A stretch of DNA of 64,000 nucleotides from Terriglobia bacterium (GTDB taxonomy: Bacteria > Acidobacteriota > Terriglobia > 20CM-2-55-15), in NCBI GenBank assembly GCA_963664115.2, contig CAXWPJ010000002.1, positions 736,001 to 800,000 of the forward strand, written 5' to 3'. The first letter of the stretch is position 1. Every line of letters begins with the position of its first letter. The translations under genes were made by a program, and so were the position numbers. Of the stretch, positions 30,400 through 40,398 are shown in pieces. Below the pieces are notes generated by a model, which did no database searches, had not been told where the DNA came from, and was given only the letters and a program-made list of their open reading frames with translations.

Positions 30400-30598
30400 C
30401 TGCCCATGGCGGAAAGGATCTCGTAGTGGCCGAGTTTGGTGCCAGATTCCATGTTTAAAGTGTGCCGAAACGAAACGTGAAAAAGTTGGATAAATCTAAC
30501 TACAGGTGGGGGTTATAAGCAAGGAAGTTGTGAGCCCGCGTATCACGGTTAATTCTCAACGTCCGCGAAGATGATTTGTCAGGACTTGAACTCAAGAA
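30400..30598. repeat. Kinase N-terminal remnant, promoter and junction palindrome copy 10
   Basis: [20 protein letters not shown]; TTGCTT-18-TAGATT; aattctcaacgtccgcgaagatgatttgtcaggacttga. Confidence 0.88.
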
Positions 30599-30891
30599 TT
30601 GCGGCAATAATGGGCCGAGGCCGACTGAAAACGCTTAGGACACTCCCTGAGCACCCCCCTAGAATCGCTTGACTCGAATCGTGTCCACGAATGATCGTGG
30701 ATGCCGTCCCACCATTCGTATTGAGCAAGGATGGCCCTAGCCGCAAGACGCGGCAGCGAATGGACAAGTTGACCACCCATGGAATGGATTGATACGTTTG
30801 CTGCGGAGGTTCTCGACAGCGACGACTCCTTATTGATTGACTTCGTGCCCGTGAAGCCTAGCTGACTAACAATTTAAAACGGAGAGAGCCC

Positions 30892-31182
30892 GTGGCGACT
30901 TATGTGAGCTTGTTCAACTTTACTGACGAGGGACTCCGCACAATCCAAGAAACAACACAACGCTTTCAAGGATCAGAGGAAATCTGCAAGAAACTTGGCG
31001 TGAAGATCAAGGATCTTTACTACACGAATGGACAATACGATGGAATCGCAATCATGGAGGGGGATGAGGAAAGTGTGAGCGCGGCGGCTCTGGCTATTGG
31101 CGCGCTCGGCAATACACGAACCGTTACCACTCGTGCCTTTACTGTCGACGAAATGAAAAAGATCACGTCGAAAATGCCATAA
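30892..31182 (+). CDS. GYD-domain protein
   Basis: 96 aa, YYTNGQYD motif, TTRAF C-terminus. Confidence 0.8.
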   Translation: MATYVSLFNFTDEGLRTIQETTQRFQGSEEICKKLGVKIKDLYYTNGQYDGIAIMEGDEESVSAAALAIGALGNTRTVTTRAFTVDEMKKITSKMP

Positions 31183-31317
31183 CCTTTCGGCGACATGTCG
31201 GCAGCATCGCATCGCGCCGCCTCGATTGCGACTCGCCCCACCGCCTCGACTAAGTTGGCGGTTATTGGGGGATGACTCGACGGACTCGGTTGTTTCTGCC
31301 CGTGCCGACTACGAACC

Positions 31318-31797
31318 CTACTGCACTGCGTCAAAGACCAGGACGTTGTTGGTCCCAGTTTCGGTCTGGGTCATTGTCTGGCCGTCTCTGGAGACTGCCA
31401 AGGTGATGCTTCCCCCCGGATTGTCCTCGGGCATGTGCTATATCGTATTCGCATTCGTGGCCCTGAACACCCGCAAGGTGGTCGATTGTGTTCCTCCGGT
31501 CAGAAACTGGGCCAAATTGACCTGTGAGTAGATGGGATAGCCCTCGGCGTCGAGCTTGAAAGCCGTGTGGATAAACCCCGGATTTCCGCTGGGGTCGACA
31601 TATATAAAGGTGAAAACGATGAATCCATCCTCACCTTCCTCGTACCTGTGAACGACACTCCGCAAACCTGGGCCAGGATCAAATGTGGATCGCTCTACAT
31701 TCATCTCCCACGTTCCAATAATCGGATGCGGGGACTGAGCTTGTGCAGCCAGGCAGACGAGTAGCAACAGACCGATGGCAATGAAACTGCGTTTCAT
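31318..31797 (-). pseudogene. Secreted beta-rich hypothetical protein with internal TAG
   Basis: Signal peptide, GTWEMN; frame continues after TAG at 31438-31440 to ...VSRDGQTMT...NVLVFDAVQ*. Confidence 0.6.
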
Positions 31798-31915
31798 CAA
31801 AACCTCCTCGAAAGGCTTTACGCCGCTTGGATGTTTGGACACGCTGGGTTCTTCTGTACTGCGGCGGGACGGGCAAGTCAAAGGAAAAGCAGCGGACTGA
31901 AGCACGCACGCTCGT

Positions 31916-31975
31916 CTAGGGCACCGGCACCCGTTCCTTCAGTTCTTCAAACCAGTTCAGGACGATGTTGATTCC
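31916..31975 (-). repeat. Kinase C-terminal remnant
   Basis: GINIVLNWFEELKERVPVP*. Confidence 0.9.
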
Positions 31976-32214
31976 CTGTTGCGCGGTTTGTTGCACGAGT
32001 GATCCGGCTTTACGAGCAAGTTGCATCGAGTCAATGCATCGGAGACTGCGTTCGACGTTGGATCGTATGGATTGATAGTGATGTCCGATATCGAATGCAC
32101 TATAGTGATCGAAAATGCGGGAGTGCGCGCAACCGGCTTTGCCGCGTCGCCGGATGTGGAATGCTCTCACAATGAAGAGCCGGGCCTGCGTTCACGATTT
32201 TAGGAGTTGAAACA

Positions 32215-33210
32215 ATGCAACGAATCACAAGGAATCCATATTTGATTTTTCCTTTGGGCGCTGCTGCTTCAATGGCAGGCCTGGTGATCTTGTCTCTCCT
32301 GAGAGACGATCCTCTCAGTGTCAATATTCCTTTTGTCGCCTTTCTAGCTTTGGTGCCGCTAGTGGCTGGGTGGTACTCCTTCAGCACAAGGTCACGCGCC
32401 AAACGAGGCTGGTGGATACTGCATTGGCTCGGGACTACGGTTCTCGGCGTTTTGGCAGCTGGCATCGTATTGTTTGGCTCATTGATCTTGATTCCACCTG
32501 GACCTTACGAGGCATACAACTACGCTCACTTTAACTTTGCGGCATATGACTCGGTATCAGGACAACGTGTGAGCGTAGGAGGGGAGGCGCTGGATGCGAC
32601 TCTCTATACGCTGGAGGAAGACAATGTGAAGCTTTCCGACCTCTGGGCGGAGAGGCCGATCGTTCTGGAATTCGGAAGTCTCACCTGACCGGTTTTCTGT
32701 GCAAAGGTTCCCGTGATGGAACCTCTAGTGAGAGCTTACGAAGGCAAGGCTGATTTTTACGTGTTGTATACGCGGGAGGCTCACCCCGGAGAAAACTATC
32801 CAGCACACGAGAGTTTTTCCGACAAAATGAACGATGCGCGGGATCTCAAACGGTTTGAACCAGTTGAGCGGACAATTTTGGTTGACGACCTGGAAGGAAC
32901 CATGCACACAGACTATGGCGCCAGGCCCAATTCTGTGTATGTGATTGGGAAGGATGGGATCATCCTGTTTCGGGCGGACTGGAACGATCCGGAGGCGGTG
33001 CAAGTCCAATTGGATCGACTCTTGCAGAACGATGGCAACGCTTCCGGTTTAGAACCGGTCGATATAACAGACGATTTTACGGGTATCGATGGTGGTGCTG
33101 TGAACACAGCTATGAGAGTCATGAAGCGTGCGGGATATACTTCGATTGTGGATTTCGCGGTCTCTTCCATGAATTTGTTTCAAGGTCGGATTGCTGCACA
33201 GCGCAATTAA
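32215..33210 (+). CDS. Membrane-anchored deiodinase-like (thioredoxin-fold) selenoprotein
   Basis: RPIVLEFGSLT-TGA-PVF...YTREAHP in one frame; hairpin AGGTTCC-cgtgat-GGAACCT 16 nt after TGA. Confidence 0.85.
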
Positions 33211-33214
33211 CTCG

Positions 33215-33364
33215 CTTCACGTTGAAATCGAGTTAAACGGTCAGCGTCTTGATGGCAACTTCACGCCCAAGTTTAGTATCCTTCGCACGCCACACCTCTC
33301 CCATTCCTCCCTTACCGAGGAGTGTGCTGATCTCGTAATGACCGAGTTTGGTGCCGGGCTGCAT
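33215..33364 (-). pseudogene. Kinase N-terminal remnant
   Basis: [41 protein letters not shown]. Confidence 0.88.
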
Positions 33365-33375
33365 TCGCCGTGCTC

Positions 33376-35376
33376 CTATTTAAGGACCGCGCTGACTTCG
33401 GCTTGCACGACGAGGCGGTCTGCGTCGTCCTGGAGAAGGTATCGTCCGCGCACCAATCGGGCGGCGGCTGCGGACACTTTCGCGACGTAGTTCTCGTGGC
33501 TCCCGTAGCGTTCTTCGAGCGACGGTCTCGGATCACCGACTGCGAGTCGCTCTGCCCTGGTCCTGGCGAATGGAATGTAGCCACCGGCATTGGTCCGAAT
33601 ATGGCCCTTGTAGAACCCACTGGCAGTCGTATTCCAGCCCGTGTACGTTCCCAGAGGAACCTGGTGGAGCACGCTGGCCACTCCACTGACCTCGTTCCCA
33701 TCGGCGTCGACCGTTGGCACTACTGTGGGAAGCACTTGGCGAATCGGAGGAGGCTGGATCGTGATGACTCCCGAGAGGTCGTTGTAATCGAACTGCGTTC
33801 CGAAGTCATATTCGTAAAGTGGGTTGAGAATTCCGTCCGGTATCGGCACACCTGGGATCGTTGGAAATCCAAGCGCGGCCTGTGTAGGTAACGTCAGTTC
33901 TCCTCGATCGAGTCGCGGATATTGACTCGGTGGAGGGAGCGTACCCTGCACGACCCAATCCACTAACGCAGTCTGCAACGCACGCAATGTGTCGCTGGAA
34001 GGATTCGGGTTCGGTGCCAGGTCGCAGCAGGCGTTAGGCTCTGGGTTTGGATCGAATCCGCCGGGTCCACCCCCATGCCTCACTCCCGGGAAGTAATACC
34101 GTCGGACATTCGATGGCAAGGGAATATCGCGGTCAGCCCGAGTGCCCACCAAGTTCGGAGACGCACGCAAGTTGTAGAACTCCGCCGAGCCGAACGTTTC
34201 CACGATCTTGGGACAGGTTTCCGTAGCCTCGCACCGATCGAGCAATCCCGCCGAGGCATGGCCTCGCGCTTCGTCGGCATAATTGGCCCACCAGACAACG
34301 CCATCACTCCCGGCTTCGTACATCGCAGCCGCCCCACCGGGAGCTGCGAATCGGATATTCATTGCCAGGAGGCGAGCGGCACGTTCGGGGTTGCTGCCGT
34401 CGAAAACAATTCGCCCAGCCTCGTCCTGATTGAAGCCCAGGTGAATGAAGCTTCGAAGGAAGTTCCCGGACTGCGAGTTGCCCTGGCTTACCGTCCAGTT
34501 GATCCTTCCGCGCAGAACATTCGGAGCCCCCGCATCGTCCTGGGTTCCGTAGCGCAGATAGGAATTCAGATCTCGCGTTGCAGCAAATCCGATTCCGTGG
34601 ACCTTGGGATCCTTGGCAGTGTAGACAAGCTCGTACAGAAAGGCGGGATTGAATCCGCCCTGGATACAGATCTTTCTCGGATCGGGTGTGCCTGGAAAAG
34701 GGCTCCGACTGCAATCGGCAAAGGCCCACTCTGTGCTGTATAGAGGGATGACAGCACCATGTTCTGAGGCTCGGCGGGTCAGGGTGGCTTGACCCGTATC
34801 GAGCGTGACCGGATCGGCGGTCCCCACAACCCGACCGCGAATTATTGGCAAGGTCGTCGTGTTCGGAGGCATGTCGCTGAACCTGGCGAGCACGGGCCCC
34901 GTGATACTGGATCCATCGGAGTTCCTGGCTATCGGAACAAAAAGCGTCTCCCTACCATCGGCGGGCTCGAGGTCTCCCTGCCACCCACTGGCGACAAGGA
35001 CGTGGCCTTGATTTCGAGCATCGGCGAGGAACCCACCACCGGTCAGATTGATCCGGCCGCGGTTCGGGACGAAATAGAGAAGCGCTCCACTGGCTTTCGC
35101 CATGTCGGTAGGTTTGATGATGGTGAACGTCGCCACGTATTCCACCATCCCTCGCCCGTTGCGTGGAGCAAATTCGAGATCGGTAATGATGGCGTTCAGT
35201 GGGTGCCTGGGGTCCACTTCGCCATAGGCGTGGCCTGTGAGTTTTTCGTATCCATCATCGCCTCTGAGCGTCTCCGTGTGTTCTACTACGAGCCGCGTGA
35301 TCTCAGCCGGGGTGGGATTCGCCACCGTGAGGATTGCCACAGCCACGAGCGTGGCCCTGAAGAGTCGAACCTGCAT
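33376..35376 (-). CDS. Secreted alpha/beta-hydrolase-domain protein (cargo)
   Basis: Signal peptide, GNSQSG nucleophile-elbow-like motif, [12 protein letters not shown]-terminus. Confidence 0.85.
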   Translation of the reverse strand: MQVRLFRATLVAVAILTVANPTPAEITRLVVEHTETLRGDDGYEKLTGHAYGEVDPRHPLNAIITDLEFAPRNGRGMVEYVATFTIIKPTDMAKASGALLYFVPNRGRINLTGGGFLADARNQGHVLVASGWQGDLEPADGRETLFVPIARNSDGSSITGPVLARFSDMPPNTTTLPIIRGRVVGTADPVTLDTGQATLTRRASEHGAVIPLYSTEWAFADCSRSPFPGTPDPRKICIQGGFNPAFLYELVYTAKDPKVHGIGFAATRDLNSYLRYGTQDDAGAPNVLRGRINWTVSQGNSQSGNFLRSFIHLGFNQDEAGRIVFDGSNPERAARLLAMNIRFAAPGGAAAMYEAGSDGVVWWANYADEARGHASAGLLDRCEATETCPKIVETFGSAEFYNLRASPNLVGTRADRDIPLPSNVRRYYFPGVRHGGGPGGFDPNPEPNACCDLAPNPNPSSDTLRALQTALVDWVVQGTLPPPSQYPRLDRGELTLPTQAALGFPTIPGVPIPDGILNPLYEYDFGTQFDYNDLSGVITIQPPPIRQVLPTVVPTVDADGNEVSGVASVLHQVPLGTYTGWNTTASGFYKGHIRTNAGGYIPFARTRAERLAVGDPRPSLEERYGSHENYVAKVSAAAARLVRGRYLLQDDADRLVVQAEVSAVLK

Positions 35377-35399
35377 GCGTTACCTCCTTGATTTCCTGA

Positions 35400-35620
35400 G
35401 CGGGCCCAGGAATTCGTAGTGGCCGAGTTTGGTGCCGGAATCCATGTTTAAAGTGTGTCGCTGAAAGGTCTCTGAAAAACTCGGTAAACGATACTAGAGG
35501 TGGGTGTTAGAGGCAATCAAAAGGTCAGGCCCTGATAAACGACATTGTCAGACATTGAAAAACCTCAGTAATTTGCCCAATTCTCAACGTCCGACAAGAT
35601 GATTTGTCAGGACTTGACGT
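35400..35620. repeat. Kinase N-terminal remnant, promoter and junction palindrome copy 11
   Basis: [16 protein letters not shown]; TTGCCT-17-TATCGT; ttctcaacgtccgacaagatgatttgtcaggacttgac. Confidence 0.88.
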
Positions 35621-35654
35621 CGACTTTTCGTTCCAGATTCGGCGACCACACCTT

Positions 35655-36275
35655 TCGTTAACGCGGCCGCCGTCGGGTGCAGCCACTTGTTAGGCGGCCC
35701 GTTCGTCAAGCCGCGAAGTGGTATTTGAGACATTGAGTCTCGGACTCGACCATTCCGGCCAGCATGTCAGACGCTGTTCCAGGCGCGAGCCGTACCTCAC
35801 GGGTAGCCGAAAAGGCTGTGTGCGCCCCTCCAATCCGATTCAGCTCGAGGATAGCGTCGTATTCGAGAACGCCAAGAGCCGGTTCCAGAGCGCGATAGCG
35901 AAGGCGATAACGACCTGCCCCTTCTTCCGCGGTTCGTTCGTAGATCTCCTCTTTCAGCGTGGTGCCTGCCACCTCAAACTGAAATGTTGACGGCACGTTG
36001 TCCGGTCCGCCGCTCAACCACTTGAAATCGCTTGTCAGTCCCGGCAAACCAACGGCAACGAGGCGCTCCCAGTCCCACAACAGTGCCCAGACTTCGGCTG
36101 GAGCGTTGTCGAACGTCGCTGTAGCAACGATCCTGTATTGGTCGGGCCCGGTTACAGTGGTCTCAACATTGACGGCGCCGCGTTCCGATACTGGTTCGCC
36201 CGCGTTACGCTCGTTCGCCATACGAAAGCCTCCCCGTTCCCGTTTGTCTGCCTAACATAGTAGTAGGCTGCGGTC
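35655..36275 (-). mobile_element. Integron-type gene cassette with partial attC sites
   Basis: Minus strand: GTTAGGC (36256-36250) before the gene; GCCTAACaagtggctgcacccgac (35695 downwards) after the stop. Confidence 0.65.
35706..36221 (-). CDS. SRPBCC/polyketide cyclase-like protein
   Basis: APAEVWALLWDW, LKEEI, LRYR motifs. Confidence 0.7.
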   Translation of the reverse strand: MANERNAGEPVSERGAVNVETTVTGPDQYRIVATATFDNAPAEVWALLWDWERLVAVGLPGLTSDFKWLSGGPDNVPSTFQFEVAGTTLKEEIYERTAEEGAGRYRLRYRALEPALGVLEYDAILELNRIGGAHTAFSATREVRLAPGTASDMLAGMVESETQCLKYHFAA

Positions 36276-36455
36276 AGACACAGTTAACTCCCCCCGTGCC
36301 TTGCGATCTTTTAAACACGACGCCACCTGCAGCTCCAAAGCCTGTGTTGTGATTTTTCTGTGTCTTATGCTGAGGCAATGCCGCGGAAGAACTGGAATTA
36401 GGCTGCAATGCGATCACCTGGACGTATAGTCGGCTTATCGGAAAGTAGCAGTTTC

Positions 36456-36560
36456 AATTCTCAACGTCCGAGAAGATGATTTCTCAGGACTTGACCTCGC
36501 AAATCAAGGCACTGGCACGCGTTCCTTCAGTTCTTCAAACCAGTTGAGGACGATGTTGAT
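36456..36560. repeat. Array junction copy 12
   Basis: aattctcaacgtccgagaagatgatttctcaggacttgacc plus reverse INIVLNWFEELKERVPVP*. Confidence 0.92.
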
Positions 36561-36597
36561 TGGACGTTCCGAAACTAAAGGGATGGTTTTTGCGAGG

Positions 36598-38112
36598 TCA
36601 GTTCACGGGGCGGGCGGGAACGTTCTGGAGTTCGGAGACACCCCGGTCGAACAGGTTCCGGATTCTGGAACTGGATCGAAACTCTCTAAGGATCGCGCCC
36701 TGCCGACCTCGGTAAGTTTCGTCGATCACATAAGCCAGAACAGTTGCCATCACCGCGCCTTCCTCGGTGTCGGTCGCATCGAAACGTCGCGCGAAACCCC
36801 GCAGAACGCCCTCGAACTCTGAGTCCTCCCACTGCTCGAGGGTCGCGTCGATCCTGACGAACTCCTCAAGGACGCCAACGTACCGGAGACTGGGCGGGTG
36901 ATGCCAGAACGAAACGTCGGGACCAAACTCCTCGACATAAAACGGAAGATAGAGGTTGGCGTTTGCGGGAACCCGGCGGATCAGCGCGGGATTGTACCGC
37001 CGCACCTCATCGACGGAGAGCCCGGTCTCCCGGGTGACTTCTTCAAGACTGATCGCCCTCGGGACACGCATGGCATAGACCGGAACCTGAGCAATCTCCG
37101 TCTTGAGGTTCTCCACGTTGAACGTGTTGCCAAACACCATCTCCGCATACAGGGAGGAGCGGGGACCGTAGGTCCGGAAGATTTCGCGATAACGGCGCAG
37201 CGAAACCCGGCGCAGTTCGACGGCGAAAGCCGCGCCCAGGAAATACTGCTCCCGGACGTCCCGGCCACCCAACCGCGAGCCGTTGATTACCGTGCGTCCG
37301 ACGTTTGCGGCCCCGGCATGATGCTCCGAAAGCGCCGGAATAAATGATCCATATTTGGTCGCCAGGGTCACCAGGTAGGCGGCACAGTACGGTGCCTGCG
37401 TTGTCTGGTTGTACCCTTCGATGACATGGGAGGCATGCCGCTTGAGCCGATTCCAGTTTCGATCGAGCCACTGGCAGAAACCCAAGGCTCTGGCCTCCGA
37501 ACGGACCTTGCCGTTCAGTCCCGATTCGAGGACGGCCTGGGCCAGACCGATCTCGGCGGGGACGGCAAAGCGTTCGTAGATAGCGCTCCACTCGTCGAGA
37601 AAAGCACCGTAGCGCCGGGCGTTTGGGAGCAAGAAGTTCCCCCGGGTAGAGTTGTGGACGACGGGTCCGACACGGGGCTCGAGAAGCGAGGCAACCAGGT
37701 CGCGGCGCCGGTTCTGGCGCGACGGCAGAGACTCGCCTTCAAGGAGGGACTCGAACGCAGGATCTTTCCAAAGGCCCTCACGAGCCCAGTTTCCCCGGGT
37801 GGGAAACGAGACCAGGAGCCTTCCGTCCACCGCGCTACCAAAAGCGACATGCCCGTCCGGGATCGTGAAGACATGCTGCCAGAACGGATAGGACGGCCGG
37901 AACGCCTCTATCGCCGTAAGATCGCTCTCCAGGCGGGCCCGGGAATACTCGTACGCCGGATGGTCAAAGCGGGGCGGGGCGGGTTCGAGACCAACAGCAG
38001 GAGCGGAAGTCTCCGCGGCCACCTCCATCAGAACCACGTCTCTATGGCCAATATGATCGGACGCCGTCAGAATGACGAGCGTGGCGAGGACGAGGATGAT
38101 GGACTGTTTCAT
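36598..38112 (-). CDS. Lytic transglycosylase (SLT) with LysM-like domain (cargo)
   Basis: AVLESGL...ARALGFCQW SLT motif; LSVDEVRRYNPAL. Confidence 0.7.
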   Translation of the reverse strand: MKQSIILVLATLVILTASDHIGHRDVVLMEVAAETSAPAVGLEPAPPRFDHPAYEYSRARLESDLTAIEAFRPSYPFWQHVFTIPDGHVAFGSAVDGRLLVSFPTRGNWAREGLWKDPAFESLLEGESLPSRQNRRRDLVASLLEPRVGPVVHNSTRGNFLLPNARRYGAFLDEWSAIYERFAVPAEIGLAQAVLESGLNGKVRSEARALGFCQWLDRNWNRLKRHASHVIEGYNQTTQAPYCAAYLVTLATKYGSFIPALSEHHAGAANVGRTVINGSRLGGRDVREQYFLGAAFAVELRRVSLRRYREIFRTYGPRSSLYAEMVFGNTFNVENLKTEIAQVPVYAMRVPRAISLEEVTRETGLSVDEVRRYNPALIRRVPANANLYLPFYVEEFGPDVSFWHHPPSLRYVGVLEEFVRIDATLEQWEDSEFEGVLRGFARRFDATDTEEGAVMATVLAYVIDETYRGRQGAILREFRSSSRIRNLFDRGVSELQNVPARPVN

Positions 38113-38707
38113 CGAACGGCGGCACCTTGAACTCCACCATCGCCGTGGATGCGTTCCCAGCTCTTTCCCATTTTCGACCCTCGCTTCGGGGCCTGCCACA
38201 GATACAGTTGAATTAGGACACCGTTCCCGAAGTGCAGTGGGAATCGGCGGTTCCGTGGACCTCGAGAATTCTCCGACAACGGAGTATATCTGGACGCCAA
38301 ATCACACGCAACAACTGAGCGTGGCCCTCAACGTCCCGAATAGTTCATGCGGACCTATCCCCTCAGACATCTGTCAATGCGAAAGTCGAGGGAATTCTTG
38401 TTGAAACCCGGATTGGAACGGCGCCGGAATAGCGAGACAACCGGGCAGTCCGACACCTGAGCCCTAAAATGGTAACGAAAGTGTTCAGTATCCTCTCGGG
38501 CAATTCTGCTTTGCAGATGTGAGTTCTGTTTCACTTGTTACCGGAGTCTTTCAGTCTGGACGTATGGCCTTCTGTACGTTCGAGGGTGAGGTTCCACGCG
38601 ATCTGGCAGCGGCCGGGTTGGGCACCAGATTCCATCATTAGTGCCTCTGCCCGCTCGTTCTGAGCTTCAGAACCAGGGCGTTCGGATCCAGTGCTGAACG
38701 GCGTTCG

Positions 38708-39502
38708 CTATGGATCCAGGCCGCCCGCAGGGTTCCGGATGGTCTGGTTGAAATCCTGCTCGTCGATCGGCGCGAAAATGACCTCGTAGATTTCGGCATA
38801 GGGCGAATCCGGCCCCTGCAGCTTGAACGTTCTCGTATCGCTCGTCCAGGGTTGCGCAAAGATACCGGGGTCGTTGAACGTCATGGTGAATTCGATGGTC
38901 TCGCTGTCCACTCGCCGCCAGCGTTCCTCGAGGCGCAAGGCGGGGCTGGCCGGCGTGCCCCACTCGTCAAGCCAGGCTCGGGAGTCCAGGCCGACGGTTT
39001 CGACCACGAACGTGTCGCCTTCCCAACGCCCAATGGAGTGTCCGTACCACCACGGATCCGGATTCTCGGGCAAATCCCGTCCGTCCGTCCAGATGATTCG
39101 CCATGTGTGATTCCACTCGAAGATTTGTACGACTTTGTCCTCGAACTGAAATGTTTCATGCGGTCTGTTGTATTCCAGCAAGCGCGCCAGACCAACGGGA
39201 TTCGCGCCTCCGAGCGGATCGTTCCCAAACGCTGGGGGTGCGCGTCTTGGCCCTTTTCCCGGCTTGTTTTCGTTGAACGCGGCCAGCCCCTGCGGCGTCC
39301 ATGGCGGTTCCTGGTTGCTCCATTCCGTCAGGCGGATCCCCTCGTCCACCAGGGCGCCGCCTCCGCCTGTTCCGAACATCCATACGCCGGTGAGGTCCTG
39401 CTTATCGAATCCTTGCTGCCCCCCCTGGGCCATGGCCCCAAGCGAAAGGAAACCCAGGGCGAACGCCAACAATATGATTAAACTGATTCCACGATTCTGC
39501 AT
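38708..39502 (-). CDS. Secreted hypothetical protein, partner of DUF6152-like gene
   Basis: DLTGVW, GHSIGRWEGDTFVVET, DPGIFAQPW. Confidence 0.75.
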   Translation of the reverse strand: MQNRGISLIILLAFALGFLSLGAMAQGGQQGFDKQDLTGVWMFGTGGGGALVDEGIRLTEWSNQEPPWTPQGLAAFNENKPGKGPRRAPPAFGNDPLGGANPVGLARLLEYNRPHETFQFEDKVVQIFEWNHTWRIIWTDGRDLPENPDPWWYGHSIGRWEGDTFVVETVGLDSRAWLDEWGTPASPALRLEERWRRVDSETIEFTMTFNDPGIFAQPWTSDTRTFKLQGPDSPYAEIYEVIFAPIDEQDFNQTIRNPAGGLDP

Positions 39503-39530
39503 CTGAAACTCCACGTTGTTGAGACCAGTC

Positions 39531-39920
39531 TTACTCGATCGGCAAGAGTTCCTCGCCGTTCACAAACACGGACTCCCGCCAGTCGATCTCCCCAATGGGC
39601 GAGCCGGCCCTAGATGGATACATGTAAAGTCTGACCTCGTCGCCCAGTTCAAAAATGTCTTGGGCATACCCCCGCCTGGCGAACATGCCCGGGCTGAGAG
39701 TCTCCGCGCCCCAATTCACCACTTTTCCATCCGCGCCGGTCACATCGAAGAAGAGCCGAGCGTGTGGATTGGCCCAAACCCACTCGGTCACGGTTCCTTC
39801 CAGCTCGATGGGATTGTCGCGGTCATAGGATATCGCCGTGCCGTGGTGCGCGAACACCGGCCCGGAAACCACAAGAAAGCCCACGAGTAAGGCAAGGCAT
39901 GTTCGGTCCGTCACTTTCAT
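39531..39920 (-). CDS. DUF6152-like exported protein
   Basis: Signal peptide ending AHH, GTVTEWVWANPH. Confidence 0.75.
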   Translation of the reverse strand: MKVTDRTCLALLVGFLVVSGPVFAHHGTAISYDRDNPIELEGTVTEWVWANPHARLFFDVTGADGKVVNWGAETLSPGMFARRGYAQDIFELGDEVRLYMYPSRAGSPIGEIDWRESVFVNGEELLPIE

Positions 39921-40094
39921 GTGAACTCTCCTAAATAAATGCTAGTTGTAAAATAGATACTTGCCTCTTGTTGGTGAGGGACCGATACGACATCCGCGCC
40001 TCGGCCTGTGGCCGCGCGCGGGTTGACATAACACCCATACGACGACATTGACAGCGCTGCCATAGCCGTCGGCCGCTGCTTATATCGCTTATCC

Positions 40095-40398
40095 GTAGCT
40101 TGGCTTCACGTTCAAACCACGCGAGTCGATCCGCATCCTTGGCAAACTCTTCAGGAAGCGTCTTGATGGCGACTTCGCGTCCGAGTTTCGTATCTCGCGC
40201 ACGCCACACTTCCCCCATGCCTCCTTTTCCAAGGAGCGTTGAGATCTCGTAGTGGCCGAGTTTGGTGCCGGATTCCATAATTACGGTCTGTCAGAACAGT
40301 GTATAGAAAGCTGGGGGCAGTCTATAGAAGGAGTGGGATAGCAGGCAATGAATTCTCAAGGTCCGACAAGATGATTTCTCAGGACTTGAACTCGAACA
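40095..40398. repeat. Kinase N-terminal remnant, promoter and junction palindrome copy 13
   Basis: [29 protein letters not shown]...FEREAKL; 40279-40370 closely resembles 21790-21880. Confidence 0.9.

Noticed and set aside
31438-31440. Pyrrolysine readthrough of in-frame TAG (also in the shell at 8318-8533)
   Set aside because: No pyl context; simple nonsense mutations in a decaying region are more likely
8632-40398. CRISPR array interpretation of the palindromic repeat
   Set aside because: Spacing is 0.2-6 kb and irregular, the intervals contain genes, and no cas genes are seen
8632-40398. Classical integron (attC array)
   Set aside because: The repeat lacks RYYYAAC/GTTRRRY ends, cargo lies in both orientations, and no intI is in the window
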